The translations under genes were made by a program, and so were the position numbers. A DNA stretch of 63,653 nt, the filler included, from Octopus bimaculoides (lineage: Eukaryota): the NCBI RefSeq assembly GCF_001194135.2. It is 5 parts of 4 records of this genome, joined end to end, with 100 filler letters (N's around TTAATTAATTAA, not from the genome) between each part and the next. Parts side by side here need not be neighbours in the genome. Positions count along the whole stretch, not along the records: positions 1 to 2,104 come from NW_026390496.1; positions 2,205 to 14,834 come from NW_026367609.1; 3 more parts are not named here. One strand, 5' to 3'. Below the pieces are notes generated by a model. It searched no databases. It was not told where the DNA came from and saw only the letters and a list, made by a program, of their open reading frames with translations. Below, piece after piece: positions 1-12,730 of the stretch (within the stretch, counting starts at the first letter, position 1; each line of letters starts with the position of its first letter).

Positions 1-740
1 ACCACCACAACCTCCACCATCACGAATTCCACCTCCACGACCTCCATCACGATGCCCTCCACCACCACAACCACCACCTCTACAACCACCTCCACTACAA
101 TCGCAACCAGAACCATCACCACCACCACCACCAACAGCAACAACAACAGCACTGTTGCCGCTACCACCTCCAACACAACTACCACCACAACCACTACAGC
201 CAACTGCCACAACCAACACAACTATAATTATCTCAACCACCGCCACAATCACAGCCACCACCACTACTACAGCCAACACCACTACCTCCATGGCCACCAC
301 CATCAACGACGACACTAATACCAATAGTATTGGCGCTAGCATCGCCAACACCACTATGATTATCTTCACCACCAGAACCACCGCAACCATCACCACTATC
401 ACATCTACCACTGCTACTACATCCAACACCGCTACAATCACACCCACCAACAACAATAACAGGGCTTTTGTTCCACCACCACTGCACACCACCACCACTG
501 CACACCACCACCACTGAACACAACCACCACTGAACACAACCACCACTGAACACAACCACCACTGCACACCACCACCACTGCACTCCACCACCACTGCACA
601 CCACCACCATTGCACACCACCACCACTGCACACCACCACCACTGCACACCACCAGCACTGCACACAACCAGCACTGCACACCACCAGCACTGCACTCCAC
701 CACCACTGCACACAACCAGCACTGCACACCACCACCATTG
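1..740. repeat. CAC/ACC-rich low-complexity tract grading into a CACCACCACTG(C/A)A-type minisatellite, ending at an assembly gap
   Basis: Seen directly. The Thr/His-rich ORFs here are by-products of the repeat. Confidence 0.9.
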
Positions 741-1608
741 NNNNNNNNNNNNNNNNNNNNNNNNNNNNNNNNNNNNNNNNNNNNNNNNNNNNNNNNNNNN
801 NNNNNNNNNNNNNNNNNNNNNNNNNNNNNNNNNNNNNNNNNNNNNNNNNNNNNNNNNNNNNNNNNNNNNNNNNNNNNNNNNNNNNNNNNNNNNNNNNNNN
901 NNNNNNNNNNNNNNNNNNNNNNNNNNNNNNNNNNNNNNNNNNNNNNNNNNNNNNNNNNNNNNNNNNNNNNNNNNNNNNNNNNNNNNNNNNNNNNNNNNNN
1001 NNNNNNNNNNNNNNNNNNNNNNNNNNNNNNNNNNNNNNNNNNNNNNNNNNNNNNNNNNNNNNNNNNNNNNNNNNNNNNNNNNNNNNNNNNNNNNNNNNNN
1101 NNNNNNNNNNNNNNNNNNNNNNNNNNNNNNNNNNNNNNNNNNNNNNNNNNNNNNNNNNNNNNNNNNNNNNNNNNNNNNNNNNNNNNNNNNNNNNNNNNNN
1201 NNNNNNNNNNNNNNNNNNNNNNNNNNNNNNNNNNNNNNNNNNNNNNNNNNNNNNNNNNNNNNNNNNNNNNNNNNNNNNNNNNNNNNNNNNNNNNNNNNNN
1301 NNNNNNNNNNNNNNNNNNNNNNNNNNNNNNNNNNNNNNNNNNNNNNNNNNNNNNNNNNNNNNNNNNNNNNNNNNNNNNNNNNNNNNNNNNNNNNNNNNNN
1401 NNNNNNNNNNNNNNNNNNNNNNNNNNNNNNNNNNNNNNNNNNNNNNNNNNNNNNNNNNNNNNNNNNNNNNNNNNNNNNNNNNNNNNNNNNNNNNNNNNNN
1501 NNNNNNNNNNNNNNNNNNNNNNNNNNNNNNNNNNNNNNNNNNNNNNNNNNNNNNNNNNNNNNATATATATATTTTTATTTTCTTTTGTTCTCGTTTCATT
1601 TTAATTAG

Positions 1609-1780
1609 ACAAAGCAATCAAAATGACTGTCCCCGTGACAACGAAAATTGACAACGAGTCAGGGGATGCCGGTCCCTGGAACATGACGATGAGATTCTTC
1701 TTAGAAACAGACCAGAACCCAAAACCAACCGCTGATGATGTCTTCTTGGCCGAAGAGGAACCATTCAAAGTTTACGTCAG
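1609..1780 (+). CDS. HEBP2: Internal coding exon of a SOUL / heme-binding protein 2-like gene
   Basis: Pyrimidine-rich acceptor ...TTTCATTTTAATTAG|AC and donor GTCAG|GTCGGT. Translation xKAIKMTVPVTTKIDNESGDAGPWNMTMRFFLETDQNPKPTADDVFLAEEEPFKVYVR matches SOUL-family motifs (KIxMTAPV, TMSFYLP, PxPxxxxVF, VYVRSF). Family-level call; orthology not established. Confidence 0.8.
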
Positions 1781-1807
1781 GTCGGTGCCATAATTTTATG
1801 TTTCTTA

Positions 1808-2104
1808 ACAAGAAGCTTGCTTCACAACCACATGGTTCCGGGTTCAGTCCCACTGCATGGCACCTTGGGAAAGTGTCTTCTACTATAGCCTTGGCCCATC
1901 AAAAGCCTTGTGAGTGGATTTGGTAGATGGAAACTGAAAAAAAAGCCCCGTCGTATACGTATATATGTGTTTATGCGTGTCTATCTGTGTTTGTCTCTTC
2001 ACCATCGCTTGGCAACCGATGTTGGTGTGATTATATCCCCGTAACATAGCGGATCGGCGAAAGAGAGACCGATAGAATAAGTACTAGGCTTCCAAAGAAT
2101 AAGT
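1808..2104 (+). mobile_element. tRNA-derived SINE, family A (5'-truncated copy)
   Basis: Body AAGAAGCTTGCTTC..GGTTCAGTCCCACTGC..GTGTCTTCTACTATAGCC..GGAAACTGAAA recurs at 8811-8957, 18999-19035 and 32309-32450. Confidence 0.8.
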
Positions 2105-2148
2105 NNNNNNNNNNNNNNNNNNNNNNNNNNNNNNNNNNNNNNNNNNNN

Positions 2149-2160
2149 TTAATTAATTAA
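2149..2160. other. Assembly linker TTAATTAATTAA inside a 100-nt gap (44 N + 12 + 44 N)
   Basis: Identical 44/12/44 layout at 14879-14890, 22128-22139 and 39125-39136. The palindrome puts a stop in all six frames. Confidence 0.95.
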
Positions 2161-2265
2161 NNNNNNNNNNNNNNNNNNNNNNNNNNNNNNNNNNNNNNNN
2201 NNNNTATTAATCCTTTATATGGGTTTGTTGATCTTTTTCTCTCCATTTTGTTTTTCGGGGCCTGC

Positions 2266-3611
2266 TCAGAGGTGGGGGGGGGCAGTCCTTCCTCTTACTT
2301 CTTCTTCTTGCCACCTCCTTGAACCCTCTCTCACTTGTTTCGCTTGCTGGCGTCTCTTTTGCTGAAGCTGCTTTCTTGTTCGTGGGTGCCTCCTCCACAT
2401 TACTCTGAGGAGCATTGTTTTCAGAGGTTGTCGCCGACCTCGTGCCAGCCTCCGTGGCCAATGGTGCCACTTCTGTGTTTGATGGCTGAATATAGGCTTC
2501 CTTGGCCTTCGATATTGTTGGCCTGTTGNNNNNNNNNNNNNNNNNNNNNNNNNNNNNNNNNNNNNNNNNNNNNNNNNNNNNNNNNNNNNNNNNNNNNNNN
2601 NNNNNNNNNNNNNNNNNNNNNNNNNNNNNNNNNNNNNNNNNNNNNNNNNNNNNNNNNNNNNNNNNNNNNNNNNNNNNNNNNNNNNNNNGGTGGACGCCGG
2701 CTTCGTAACGACCTCCATGGTTGTCGGCGCCGCCTCTATCGTTACTGGCTGGATCACTTGTTGGTTCTTGTTGGCTACTGTTTTTAGAACGGCCTCTGAG
2801 GCCATCGGTGCCATCTCACTGGTGGTCGGTTGCATATTGGCCTCCCCTGCCGCCGTTGACACAGGTTGGGTTATCGACCTATTATTCTTAGAAGCATCAG
2901 CCACCGACTTAGTGACTGTCACCTTGGCCGTCGATGCTGACACTGTGGTCACCGGTTGTGTGCCTGCCTCTTCGGCCTGTGGTTCCACTTCTATATTTAG
3001 TTCCTTCTTTTGCGGGCATTTGGACCTCAGGTGCCCCTTCTTTCCGCAATGGAAGCACCTGGGTTTACGTCCTTCAACGTGAATTGGGATGATTTTATCA
3101 TTAATATTTATGGTCTCGGGTAGTTCTTCTAGGTGGAGGCTGGAAGCCTGCACCAATATCTCAAGGGACTACCCTTTCCAGTTTGTTGGGCCATCCCTCG
3201 TTACTTGGATTATGTTTTTTTTATCCTCTCTCTTGTATAGTAGTGTAGCCATAATACAGTCTACATCTACCTCTGGTGGATATGTTGAATCTTTATCCTG
3301 GACGTCCTCCGTCCCAGATAAAGTGGTAACAACATTATTTTGCCATTTGTTACGGTTTGGGTCGAGAGATTCCTTGCTCTCTCGCTGGATTCGAACCTGG
3401 CTTCCACTGTTGCGTATTTTTTGCCACGGGCCAAATACTTCACTTCATTCATAATATGCCCGAGGCACTTTTCCACTGTACTCTCTTCCAAAAATTCAAA
3501 TGATTTCCTCTCAGTGTTATATGTTTTATACACAATCGTGCGTTCCTTAATATCGTTAATCACCTCGCTGGGAGACGAAACCTTACTCTCTCTATTTTCT
3601 TCCGATATCAT
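2266..3611 (-). mobile_element. Disrupted gag/ORF1-like gene with CCHC zinc knuckle (L1/Tx1-type ORF1), copy 1
   Basis: ORFs 3267-3611 and 2266-3156 join by frameshift: LLPLYLGRRTSRIKIQHI...VEGRKPRCFHCGKKGHLRSKCP, followed by a T/A/E/P-rich tail. Homologous to 19519-19962. Confidence 0.7.
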
Positions 3612-3850
3612 TTCGAAATACTATTTTTATTTTATCCATATTTACGACAATATGTTCTTGTCCGCCTACAGCGGCAGCAAAATTCATCTTTTTTGAAGCA
3701 ATTTCTTCTGCCGAAGACATATTTTGCATCAACGCAAAAATTAAATAAATATATATATTTTTTCAAAAGCACAGTTCAAAGTTCAAAATTTGTAATAATC
3801 GTATATATTTCCTTCCCCCGCGAGGGGGAGGGTCACAGTATACAACTAAA

Positions 3851-4269
3851 TGTCAGTCAATTTTTTAAAACAACGTTACCCTTACGGGAAACCAGTTAAA
3901 CGCAATAACAACAATATTAATAGTACAACAAAAAATTATAGTAGTCAACATAGATTAACTCACGCAAGACTGAGGTCTGGAACCAAAGACATCGAGACAA
4001 GGAGAAACTTAGTTTTTATAAAGAACTGTAGGCCCCAAACTGGGTTGAGAACAGGCTGTCTCTAGTGATCTTATTTAGAGTTCCGATTGGTTATACGCTG
4101 CAGATTGACGCGACAGAGTAAGAAACAAATTGCGCCAATATCAACCAATCAGAGTAGTGGACGCAACGGGGTCCAACTAGTGGCCAAAGGCTAGCTGTTG
4201 CCTGCGACGTTCGAATGCACGTATATATAACAAAGGGGAAAGAGGAATTTCACTCGGGTGTTCACTACA
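3851..4269. promoter_or_regulatory. LTR-like or Pol II promoter-like segment (TG...CA ends; CCAAT, TATA and Inr-like motifs on +)
   Basis: ATTGG near 4086, two CCAAT near 4135-4148, TATATATAA at 4222, TCACTC at 4250. No TSD found. Confidence 0.35.
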
Positions 4270-4589
4270 ATACCTTTCATGAAGCCATATCCAGATTATA
4301 TCAGAATTTAATATTTAAAAAAAAAAAAAATGAAGCAGTTATATCATGCACATCGCTTTTGTTTTCTCGCACCTTTTGATGTAGACTGCAATTATGCTGA
4401 AAAAAAAAATCTTTTTCTGAAATTTGCTTGATAAATATTTTTAAATAAAGGGAAAATTTCCAAAGATGTTGGCATAATTAAAGATAAAAAACAGAAAACC
4501 CTCGGAGGTAAAATTGTTGGAATGTCTGAAAAAAATTCATTTAACAAATTCCAGAAGGGAAAGGGTGGATAGTGTTCAAGAGTAATCTA

Positions 4590-5248
4590 TTTTTTAACAT
4601 AATTGTAATCTAAACCATGAAAATCTACGAGGAAACAAAATCGGGGCGTGTGAATCATTGGAAACTCTTCTCACTCTTTCCGAAAAGAATCACTTTTCAC
4701 ACAAATTCCGATACAGTCGTAATCTATGCCACTGAAATATATTTATAGAAAATTTCATAAAAACAATATCCATTTTTCAGAAAGTCATGAGGAAACAAAG
4801 TCGGCAGGGACAGGAGCAGGCACACTTGTGAAGTTACACCGTTGAAATATCGTTCCCGGTTACCCGGATGTCGAGAAGGGTGCTTGCAGAAGTGATTCTC
4901 TGCCAGTGTCTCTCAAAGTAGGTTCTGTGAAAATTTTAAGTGTTCTACTGCATACCCATGTGTGCTGTCCCCCGCCCCGATTTGTTGCCTCATAACTTCC
5001 AGAAAAATAGACATTTTAATACGAAATTTTGTACAAATAGGATTCAGTTGGTATAAATTCCAATTATATTGAAATATGTAGTGAAAAATTCATACAAGTC
5101 GGCTTTGTTTCCTCATAGCTTTCAGAAAAATGGATATATTTTAATGAAATTTTCTACAAATTCCTTTCAGAGTGTGTAGATTACGATTACATCATTATCT
5201 AATATGAAAAAGAAAATTGATGAGCACGCATGCACGCTGGCGCGCGCA

Positions 5249-5329
<81 letters not shown>

Positions 5330-5710
5330 NNNNNNNNNNNNNNNNNNNNNNNNNNNNNNNNNNNNNNNNNNNNNGAAATTTCAACTTTCCATTTGTAGAT
5401 ATACGTGTCAGTATGTATGTGTGCGAGCCCACCAATTTTTTTGCCTTAAATTCCGATATAAGCGTACGTAATCTGCACATTGTGAAAGTTATTTGTAGAA
5501 AATTTCATATACCTATTCTTTCTTAAAGTTATGAGGAAACAAAGCTGACTTGTGAATTTTCCGAAACTCCTCGACCCACCCCCGGAAAAAAAAATTTTCA
5601 CAATAAATTCTAAGATAATTCAAATGCACACCATCTGAAGCATTTTTGTAGAATATTTCATTAAAAAATATCCACTTTTGTGGAAGTTATGAGGAAACAA
5701 AGTCGGTGGG
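4590..5710. repeat. Non-autonomous element built from a ~60-bp module (..GTAGAAAATTTCAT..ATATCCA..TATGAGGAAACAAAG) in both orientations
   Basis: GAGGAAACAAA cores near 4630, 4790, 5533 and 5690 (+) and near 5103 (-). Confidence 0.6.
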
Positions 5711-6617
5711 GGCACATATGTGTAGGTATGCTGGGGTTCACGAGATTATGAACCTTTTGAAAAAATTTAGTAAAAATTTATCTTAAGTAAAAAAACACTC
5801 GCAATTTCAAAGTATTATTGTAATCCTCATCTTTTTATTTTAATCAATGAATTCTCTCTGCAAAACAATTTTAGTTTCATTTGTGGTCTTATTACAATTA
5901 ATTGATAGAGATTGTCTGTAAAATATAGTGTGAGTTCCGCGATTTTTAGAAAATTATATTAGAGTTCCACGGCAAAATAAGTTTGGGAACCATATTCTGA
6001 TACAACTGTTAGTGTGATTTTTAATGCAAAAAAATATAATGAAGATAACGCAGTAACTTAAACCTATAAAAAAACACTGGTCCTGATTAAAATCCAGTTA
6101 CAACCAAAAAGAAATATGTTGACGATCGCTTCTATGAGTCCTTCAGGGCTTCAGTTCTGATAATAGAAAATACCGACCTTACATCATTGATCAGATCGTT
6201 AGCACTTTGAAATCAATGGTTCATAAACAATTGTAAAGCTCTCTATCAAATAATCAGCTCAACAAAAACGTCGCACAGCAGATTCCATTATCCTTTCTCA
6301 GTCGTGGAGCAAGTGTTCCATGCATGAGAAAAAATAGATAAGAAGGTGTATGTCATAAGTCGGACCATTGTCAAGCTTGATTCCAAGAAAATGCTACAAA
6401 GCTAGCCACTATCTTAATAGGAGATCCACCAGTCATCAATGTCTCATCAAGTGTCAATATCTTTTGTTGTCAATCTTGAAAAACTTAACTTTTCCTCCAC
6501 GCTATTTACACCAGTTTGACCAATACAAGAAAGCGAATAAACAGACCTTACTTAAACTGGGACCTCCTCAAGTTAAAAACCCGAGCAGAGGATATGAAAA
6601 AGAGATGTGTAGAGCGT

Positions 6618-6653
<36 letters not shown>

Positions 6654-6669
6654 NNNNNNNNNNNNNNNN

Positions 6670-6717
<48 letters not shown>

Positions 6718-6767
6718 CACACACGTATATGTACATACATGCACACATACATACATATCTATGTAAC

Positions 6768-7421
6768 TGTAGGCGCAGTTATCTCCCCTGACGGCTCCTG
6801 CCTAAATTAGCTGGCTACAAAAGGGCACACGCAGCGCTAAGGTTCAGACACTAAGCCCTCGCACTTGCTCTTGCTTTTGTTCGATGAGACACCAGACCGT
6901 GAAGACATGACTTAGCTGGCTCTCGTATACACGCAGACAGCTAGTAGACATGAGGTAGTACACAGATGAACATGGCCCTTCACTTATGAAGTCTTTCCAT
7001 TATCATTCAACTTGTATATATTTGAAACCGAGAGTAAAGATATTAAAAGTTACAGCTTTGTTCTATGAATTCATTGTACCGTGTTCCTTTATCGAATGAC
7101 ATATTACAGCCTTCTGAACAGAGTCATTAGATGGCTTCACAGTGAGAACGGCACTATCTAAAATGGTGACCCTGACGCAGCACACGCAGCACGACGTTTT
7201 AGATCACAATTCCTAAAATGATGACACGTCTCGGACGAATTTCTGATCTGTGGATACGCATTCTTTTTTCTCATTTTCGACTTTGCCTCACTCGTTGCCA
7301 TATTTTCTTCTCTACCAAAAATTTTGGCGCCATTTTCAGGCGGTAACTGCATATCATTTTTTCCTCGTGATGTAGCTGAAATTACAACATGGTCCTTCTA
7401 AGACACAGCTTCCCAGGAGAA

Positions 7422-7466
<45 letters not shown>

Positions 7467-8720
7467 TGCAAGAGGTATATTTAACAGTCAATTTTATTCG
7501 GAATTCACATGAATAGCAATTTTTCGTACATGCCAGGTATGAGTTTCTCTCTCTCAACACTACCCGGATTATCCGTGTGTTGGCCATTGTTTTCTACTTC
7601 ATCCGTTGGCAAGGACTTCTCTCATTTCATCCTCTGCTGCTGAAAAAAATTCCTTGTTCGATGTTCGTCGTGTCTTCTTTCAACTAAATTGTTTGACTGC
7701 TATTTCTAACGGCGTTTCTTTCAACCAGTTTGTCCTTCGAGGCGTTCTGTTTCCTATTATCGTCTAAAGATGAGTCATTTTCCTTTGCCCCAATTTCATG
7801 GAGATGCTAAGATGTGGTTTTCACAATTGGAATCGTTTTTCATTTCCTCCAATATTCAGTCGGCTCAGAGCAGACTCCACATTGCACGTACAGGCATTCC
7901 TTCTCTCGAACTCTCAGTTCGCGATATGATAACAGGAACTCCATCGGACAAGACGTATGAATCCCTCAAAACTGAGGTTCTCAGACGTAATTCTCCTTCG
8001 GATGAAAGTAAATTTCGCAAGGGAGTTGACCGATAGTTCATATGAGGAGCAGTCATTCGTCAAACAGTTATTTTTCTCAAGGATGCCCTCTAATGTCTAA
8101 TCGAGTTTAGCTCCCATGATGGAACATACAGCCCTTGAACAACTTGCCGCCTCCGCAGACAGAATTATGGAATTTTCTGGCACACCGTCTTCCGATAACG
8201 TCGTCGCAGTCGCTTCTTCGTCTTCCTTGCGAGCTTGCACTTCTGCTCCGGACGACACACACTCCTCCGAAACCATTAGAGAACTGACCCGTCAGGTTTC
8301 AGGCATGTGCAGGGACCGTTCTTTTTCACGGAACTATTCTGCAGGGAGAACCTGACGTCGTTCTTTCTCGCGCGGACGCGCGCTTTCTGCTCCACCAATT
8401 TGTTGGTACCATAGGAAATTCAAGGACCAGGCCGGAAAGTGTACAGAGCCCTGCTCTTACTCTTCTCAGGGAAACTAGGCAGGGAGACACTGGGCACGTC
8501 AGTTGTCTTCCCCATTGATTCACCTTACTGTGCATTTTTTATCCGAGATGCTATTTCTTCAAAGTCCTTTATGGTGGACACGGGAGTCAGTGTGAGCGTC
8601 TGGCCCCGAAGGTTTACTTCCACCAATCCTGGTCTTTCTGACATATCTCTACGCGGTGAATCACTCCGCCATTATCAGCCAGATGTTATTATTCAGTTTC
8701 AGTTTCGCGTTGATAACTGA
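6768..8720 (+). mobile_element. Ty3/Gypsy LTR retrotransposon 5' remnant: putative LTR, PBS, gag, protease
   Basis: PBS-like TGGTGACCCTGACG at 7164-7177, complementary to the tRNA-Trp 3' end as I recall it, with 1 mismatch. Gag LPQFHGDAKMWFSQLESFF..YESLKTEVL at 7770-8036; CWYHRKFKDQAGKCTEPC; protease FMVDTGVSVSV. Multiple frameshifts; LTR limits approximate. Confidence 0.8.
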
Positions 8721-8810
8721 TGAAGAATTAGTAACGCACTCCGGCTTTTATTAACATAGATTATACACACACACACGCACACGCACACACACACACACAC
8801 ATATATATAT

Positions 8811-8957
8811 AGCTTCTTTCAGTTTCCGTCTACCAAGTCTATTCACAAGGCTTTGGTTTGCCGTGGCTATAATAGAAGACACTTGCCCTAGGTTCAACGC
8901 AGCAGGACGGAACCCAGAACCTTGTGGCTGGGAAGCAAACTTCTTACCACGCAGCCT
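8811..8957 (-). mobile_element. SINE family A fragment
   Basis: Reverse complement aligns with 1808-1940. Confidence 0.8.
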
Positions 8958-9277
8958 AATCTAATTTTCTGTAACATTAACACATAATTATTTTGTGTCT
9001 CGTCGTTCAGGTTTATAAACCTTCGTTCATTCATTCCTGGGTCTCCACTTGATCGAACTGACAAGCATGACCAAATAACCACGTCAAGAGACTATGGTTG
9101 GCTCATATCAACATTAATTCCTTTTTAAGCTGCAAGTTAATCAATTTTGACTGACGCATGTAACGGGAAAAATTCTAGGAATAGTTTAGACTTCACTTAT
9201 TCCATTTCTTATTATAGGGAAATTATTATTATTAGTGTTGTTTTTGATTCTTCAGTTTATGTGTGCGTGCGTGTGTG

Positions 9278-9357
<80 letters not shown>

Positions 9358-9748
9358 TGTGAATAGCCTTAAATCACATAAAGCAACAAAGAAACAAAAA
9401 CAAACCAACTAACAACGAGCTGAACCTGATGTCTGGGACATTCTATAGAAATGAAACATACTTTCACAGGCTTCACGACGTAACTGACGTGTGACTCGAT
9501 TTACCGTGTTGAAAGGCCGATCTCAAGACTGATCATCATGTTTTGACCCAGCGTCAATTGGTTTAGGTGCCATATTTAATTAGACGAAAGTCTTAGTGTC
9601 TTTCTGCAATGGTTCAGGGACGGAGCTAAGGCAACAACAACAACAACAACAACAACAACTACTACAAACTACTACTGCTGCTGCTGCTGCTGCTACTACT
9701 ACTGGTGGTGGTACGTTGTAAGCGATTATCATTGCTGATTTGTCTAAG

Positions 9749-9905
9749 GGCGGCGGGCTGGCAGAACCTGAGTTCAAATTCTGCCGGGGTCAGCTTTGCT
9801 TTTAATCCTTTCGGTGTTGATGAAATAAGTACCAGTTTTGCACTGGGTCGATGTAATCGACTGGTCCTCTCCTCTGAAATTTCAGGCCTTGTGCGTATTG
9901 TAGAA
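9749..9905 (+). mobile_element. tRNA-derived SINE, family B (internally deleted)
   Basis: GGCGGCGRGCTGRCAGAA..GAGTTCAAA..CTTTGC..CCT..GATAAAATAAGTACCAGTT..GTCGATGTAATCGACT is shared with 39346-39555. Confidence 0.75.
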
Positions 9906-10800
9906 AATATTATCATTATTAGTAGTAATAGTAGTAGAAATTATGTTAGGAATAGTGATGGTAGTGTTTGTTGTGGTGATGGTTGTTGTGGTGTGGTTGT
10001 GCTGATAGTAGTAGTAGTAGTAGTAGAAGAAGAATTTGCTGACATTTTGGTTGTTGATGTGTTTTGGTAACAAAGACGGAGTAGGGGAAGAGCCGAGTGT
10101 GCTGTTGTGGTGGTAGTGGAACAGTGAAATGTTACTGTCAATCCATCTAAATAAACAACGTGTGAATCAAGTTGTTTTTGTTGAAGCTGGGAAATGACTG
10201 ACCGCTACGTTTTGCTTCTACAATCATTATTTCACCAATCACCAGCGCCGCCGCGGCCACCACCATCGGCACCACCATCAGCAGCACCGCCACCACCGCC
10301 ACTGCCAACAACACTAATGGAAAAACGATCTCAAATAATTTTCTGACGGCTGTGGTCAAAAAGCCAATCTAAAACGAGCAGTGGTGGAGGGGGAATGCTC
10401 AGGAGAAAATAGTGTTAGTTAAGAAGAACCTTAATAATTCTCAGAGTTTCGAAAAATAACATTAGTAAAATAATCTATGATAAAAATCTTTAAAATTAAA
10501 CTCGGAACCAATTGCAATCCTTTGTATTCTAGATAAATATTTCTTAATTTATTTGCCGGATCGCCATTCGCCACTTTGGCTTTTCGAATTCTTCACATGG
10601 AGATCGTTCTTCAATTCTAGTTATTTAAAATAGGTAATTAAATTAAAATTAAAACATGAACTAGAGCAAGCAAATACATTTTTTTTTCAAATACAAAAAA
10701 GGAGTAAAAAAGATTTTGCAATTAATTTACTGATTGAAACAATAAATTCTGTTTAATGTACTTATCGCAATTAATTTGTTGTAATTTCATTCAAAACATA

Positions 10801-12044
10801 CCAGGTCATCCCATAAGTTCTGTCCGAATTTTGAATAAAGAAAACTAATGATCAAATGTTATATTTAATTGAAATTTAATCCTCAATGTACTTTCCCTGA
10901 TTATCTATGACTTCCTTCCATCTATTCACAAGCTTTTTAACCCCATCAGTGTAAAACTCTTTTGGTTTCAAAGCGAAGAACTCTGAAATGTCAGTTTCGA
11001 ACCTCCTGCGAAAGTTATGTTCCCCAAATGATTCTGTAGACTACGAAACAAATGGTAGCCTGAAGGAGCAAGGTCGGGAGAATAAAGTGGATGAGGAATT
11101 TTTTCCCAATCAAGCTCTTCGATCTCTTGTGATGTGATTTTTGCAATGTGGAGTCGCGCATTGTCCTGATGAAACACTACCCCTTTTTGATTCACTAAAG
11201 CGGGTTTTTTTTTGTTCAAAGCTTGATTCAAACGCTCCAATTGCTGACAGAAGACTTGAGCATTGATTGTTGCATTAGGTGGTAACAATTCAAAGTGAAT
11301 TACTCCTTTGCAATCCCACCAGATAGAGAGAAGAACGTTTTTTCCATGAAGTACCTTTTTGGTTGTGGTTGAGCTTTTCCCCTTTTACCAAGCCACTGTT
11401 TACGACATTTAACATTTCGATAGAAGATCCATTTTTCGTCACCAGTCACAAGTCTATCCAAAAAGGGTGAAATGAGTTCGCAAGAATGGAGAGAAGAGAT
11501 ATGTCAACTCGGTATTTGCAGTTGCTTTCGGACAATTCATCAGACACACATTTTCCAAGTTTCGGAACCTTTCCAAGTTGTTGAAGATGACGATGAACAG
11601 TTGTATGGTTTGAACTAAGCTTTATTGCCAATTCTTCAACTGATAATGCAGGATTTTCTTCAATTAATGCCTCAAGGAGCTTATCATCTTCAAGGCTGAA
11701 ATCTCTACTTCTGATTTTAGCAAACCATCTTCTGCAAGTTCTTTCATTTAAGCATTCTTTCCCATAAGCTGAGTATGTTTCGAGTCGCTTCGGCTGCAGA
11801 GTTTCCTTTTTTGTACTCATAAAGCATTATGTGCCTTAAATGCTCTTTGTATGCTTCCATGTTAGAAAGGGTTTTAATCAAAGAAATTTTAATCCTATTA
11901 TTCTGTAAAATAATATTCAATTAGTTTAAATGTACACAAATGTATAAAAGTAAGTTTTAATTCCATTAAACATTCTAAAATACTATTAAATTTAATTCAA
12001 TTTAAAAAAAAGTAAAATCGGACAGAACTTATGGGATAACCTGA
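10801..12044 (-). mobile_element. Full-length (1244 bp) mariner transposon with pseudogenised transposase
   Basis: 27-bp TIRs CCAGGTCATCCCATAAGTTCTGTCCGA (10801-10827) and 12018-12044, 2 mismatches, flanked by TA on both sides. Transposase motifs VTGDEKW, HQDNARLH and YSPDLAPSGYHLF (third Asp changed to Gly), with frameshifts. Confidence 0.95.
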
Positions 12045-12656
12045 TACATTCATTATTGGACGGCATGGCGTCTCCTGAGTTCATCATCTTTTCGATGGGT
12101 TTTGTTATTTCATCCCACAAGTTCTTCAAAATATCACTCTCCTCACCAACTAAGTTTGATATAGTCACCAGTTAAGATGTAAAGTTTTGATCATTCATAA
12201 GGGTAGTTGTTACACTAAAACATAACAACCTGTATAAGAGATATATTGAAACACGATATAAAACGAAATAATTTTATTAACTTTATACGGTAGTTTATAA
12301 ATAATATTTAGTAGGAAAACATTTGCTTTGATTACCGCAGCAATTCTTGGCATGAAAACCGTAAGTCTCTCTAGTTTATCGAGACTTATGATTCTTAACT
12401 AGACCTTGATCCTAGCTTCAATAAATGAGTTCGGTTGGTTTGGAGACCGGAACCACTCTCTTGGTAGCTGATTACAAAATTTCCCATCTAGTAAATCTCG
12501 GTGCTGTTTCCTGGCTAGAGTAAAACGTACGTTTATTTTTATAGGCTCAACTGTTTCATACTGGATTTTCCTGTATGACATAAGGCACCAAAGTGCTTCA
12601 TTTGAATCATATGGCAACATATTACTGATCGAAGGAGTAGCCTAGTTTCTAAATAA

Positions 12657-12730
12657 TTTGTTAGTATTTAAAAGTTTGTCCAGTATTGCAACATATTGCA
12701 ATACTGGATAAACTTTTAAATACCAGCAAA
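12657..12730. repeat. Inverted repeat: 35-bp arms, 3 mismatches, 4-nt spacer CATA
   Basis: TTTGTTAGTATTTAAAAGTTTGTCCAGTATTGCAA-CATA-TTGCAATACTGGATAAACTTTTAAATACCAGCAAA. Confidence 0.9.

Noticed and set aside
6368-6620. ORF with LLKLGPPQ..RAFS reminiscent of hAT transposase N-termini
   Set aside because: Too short and divergent to support.
8709-8755. GTTGATAA-CTGATGA...TTATTAAC: hammerhead first half with an 8-bp stem I
   Set aside because: No GAAA box or stem II/III can be formed. At best a deleted remnant.
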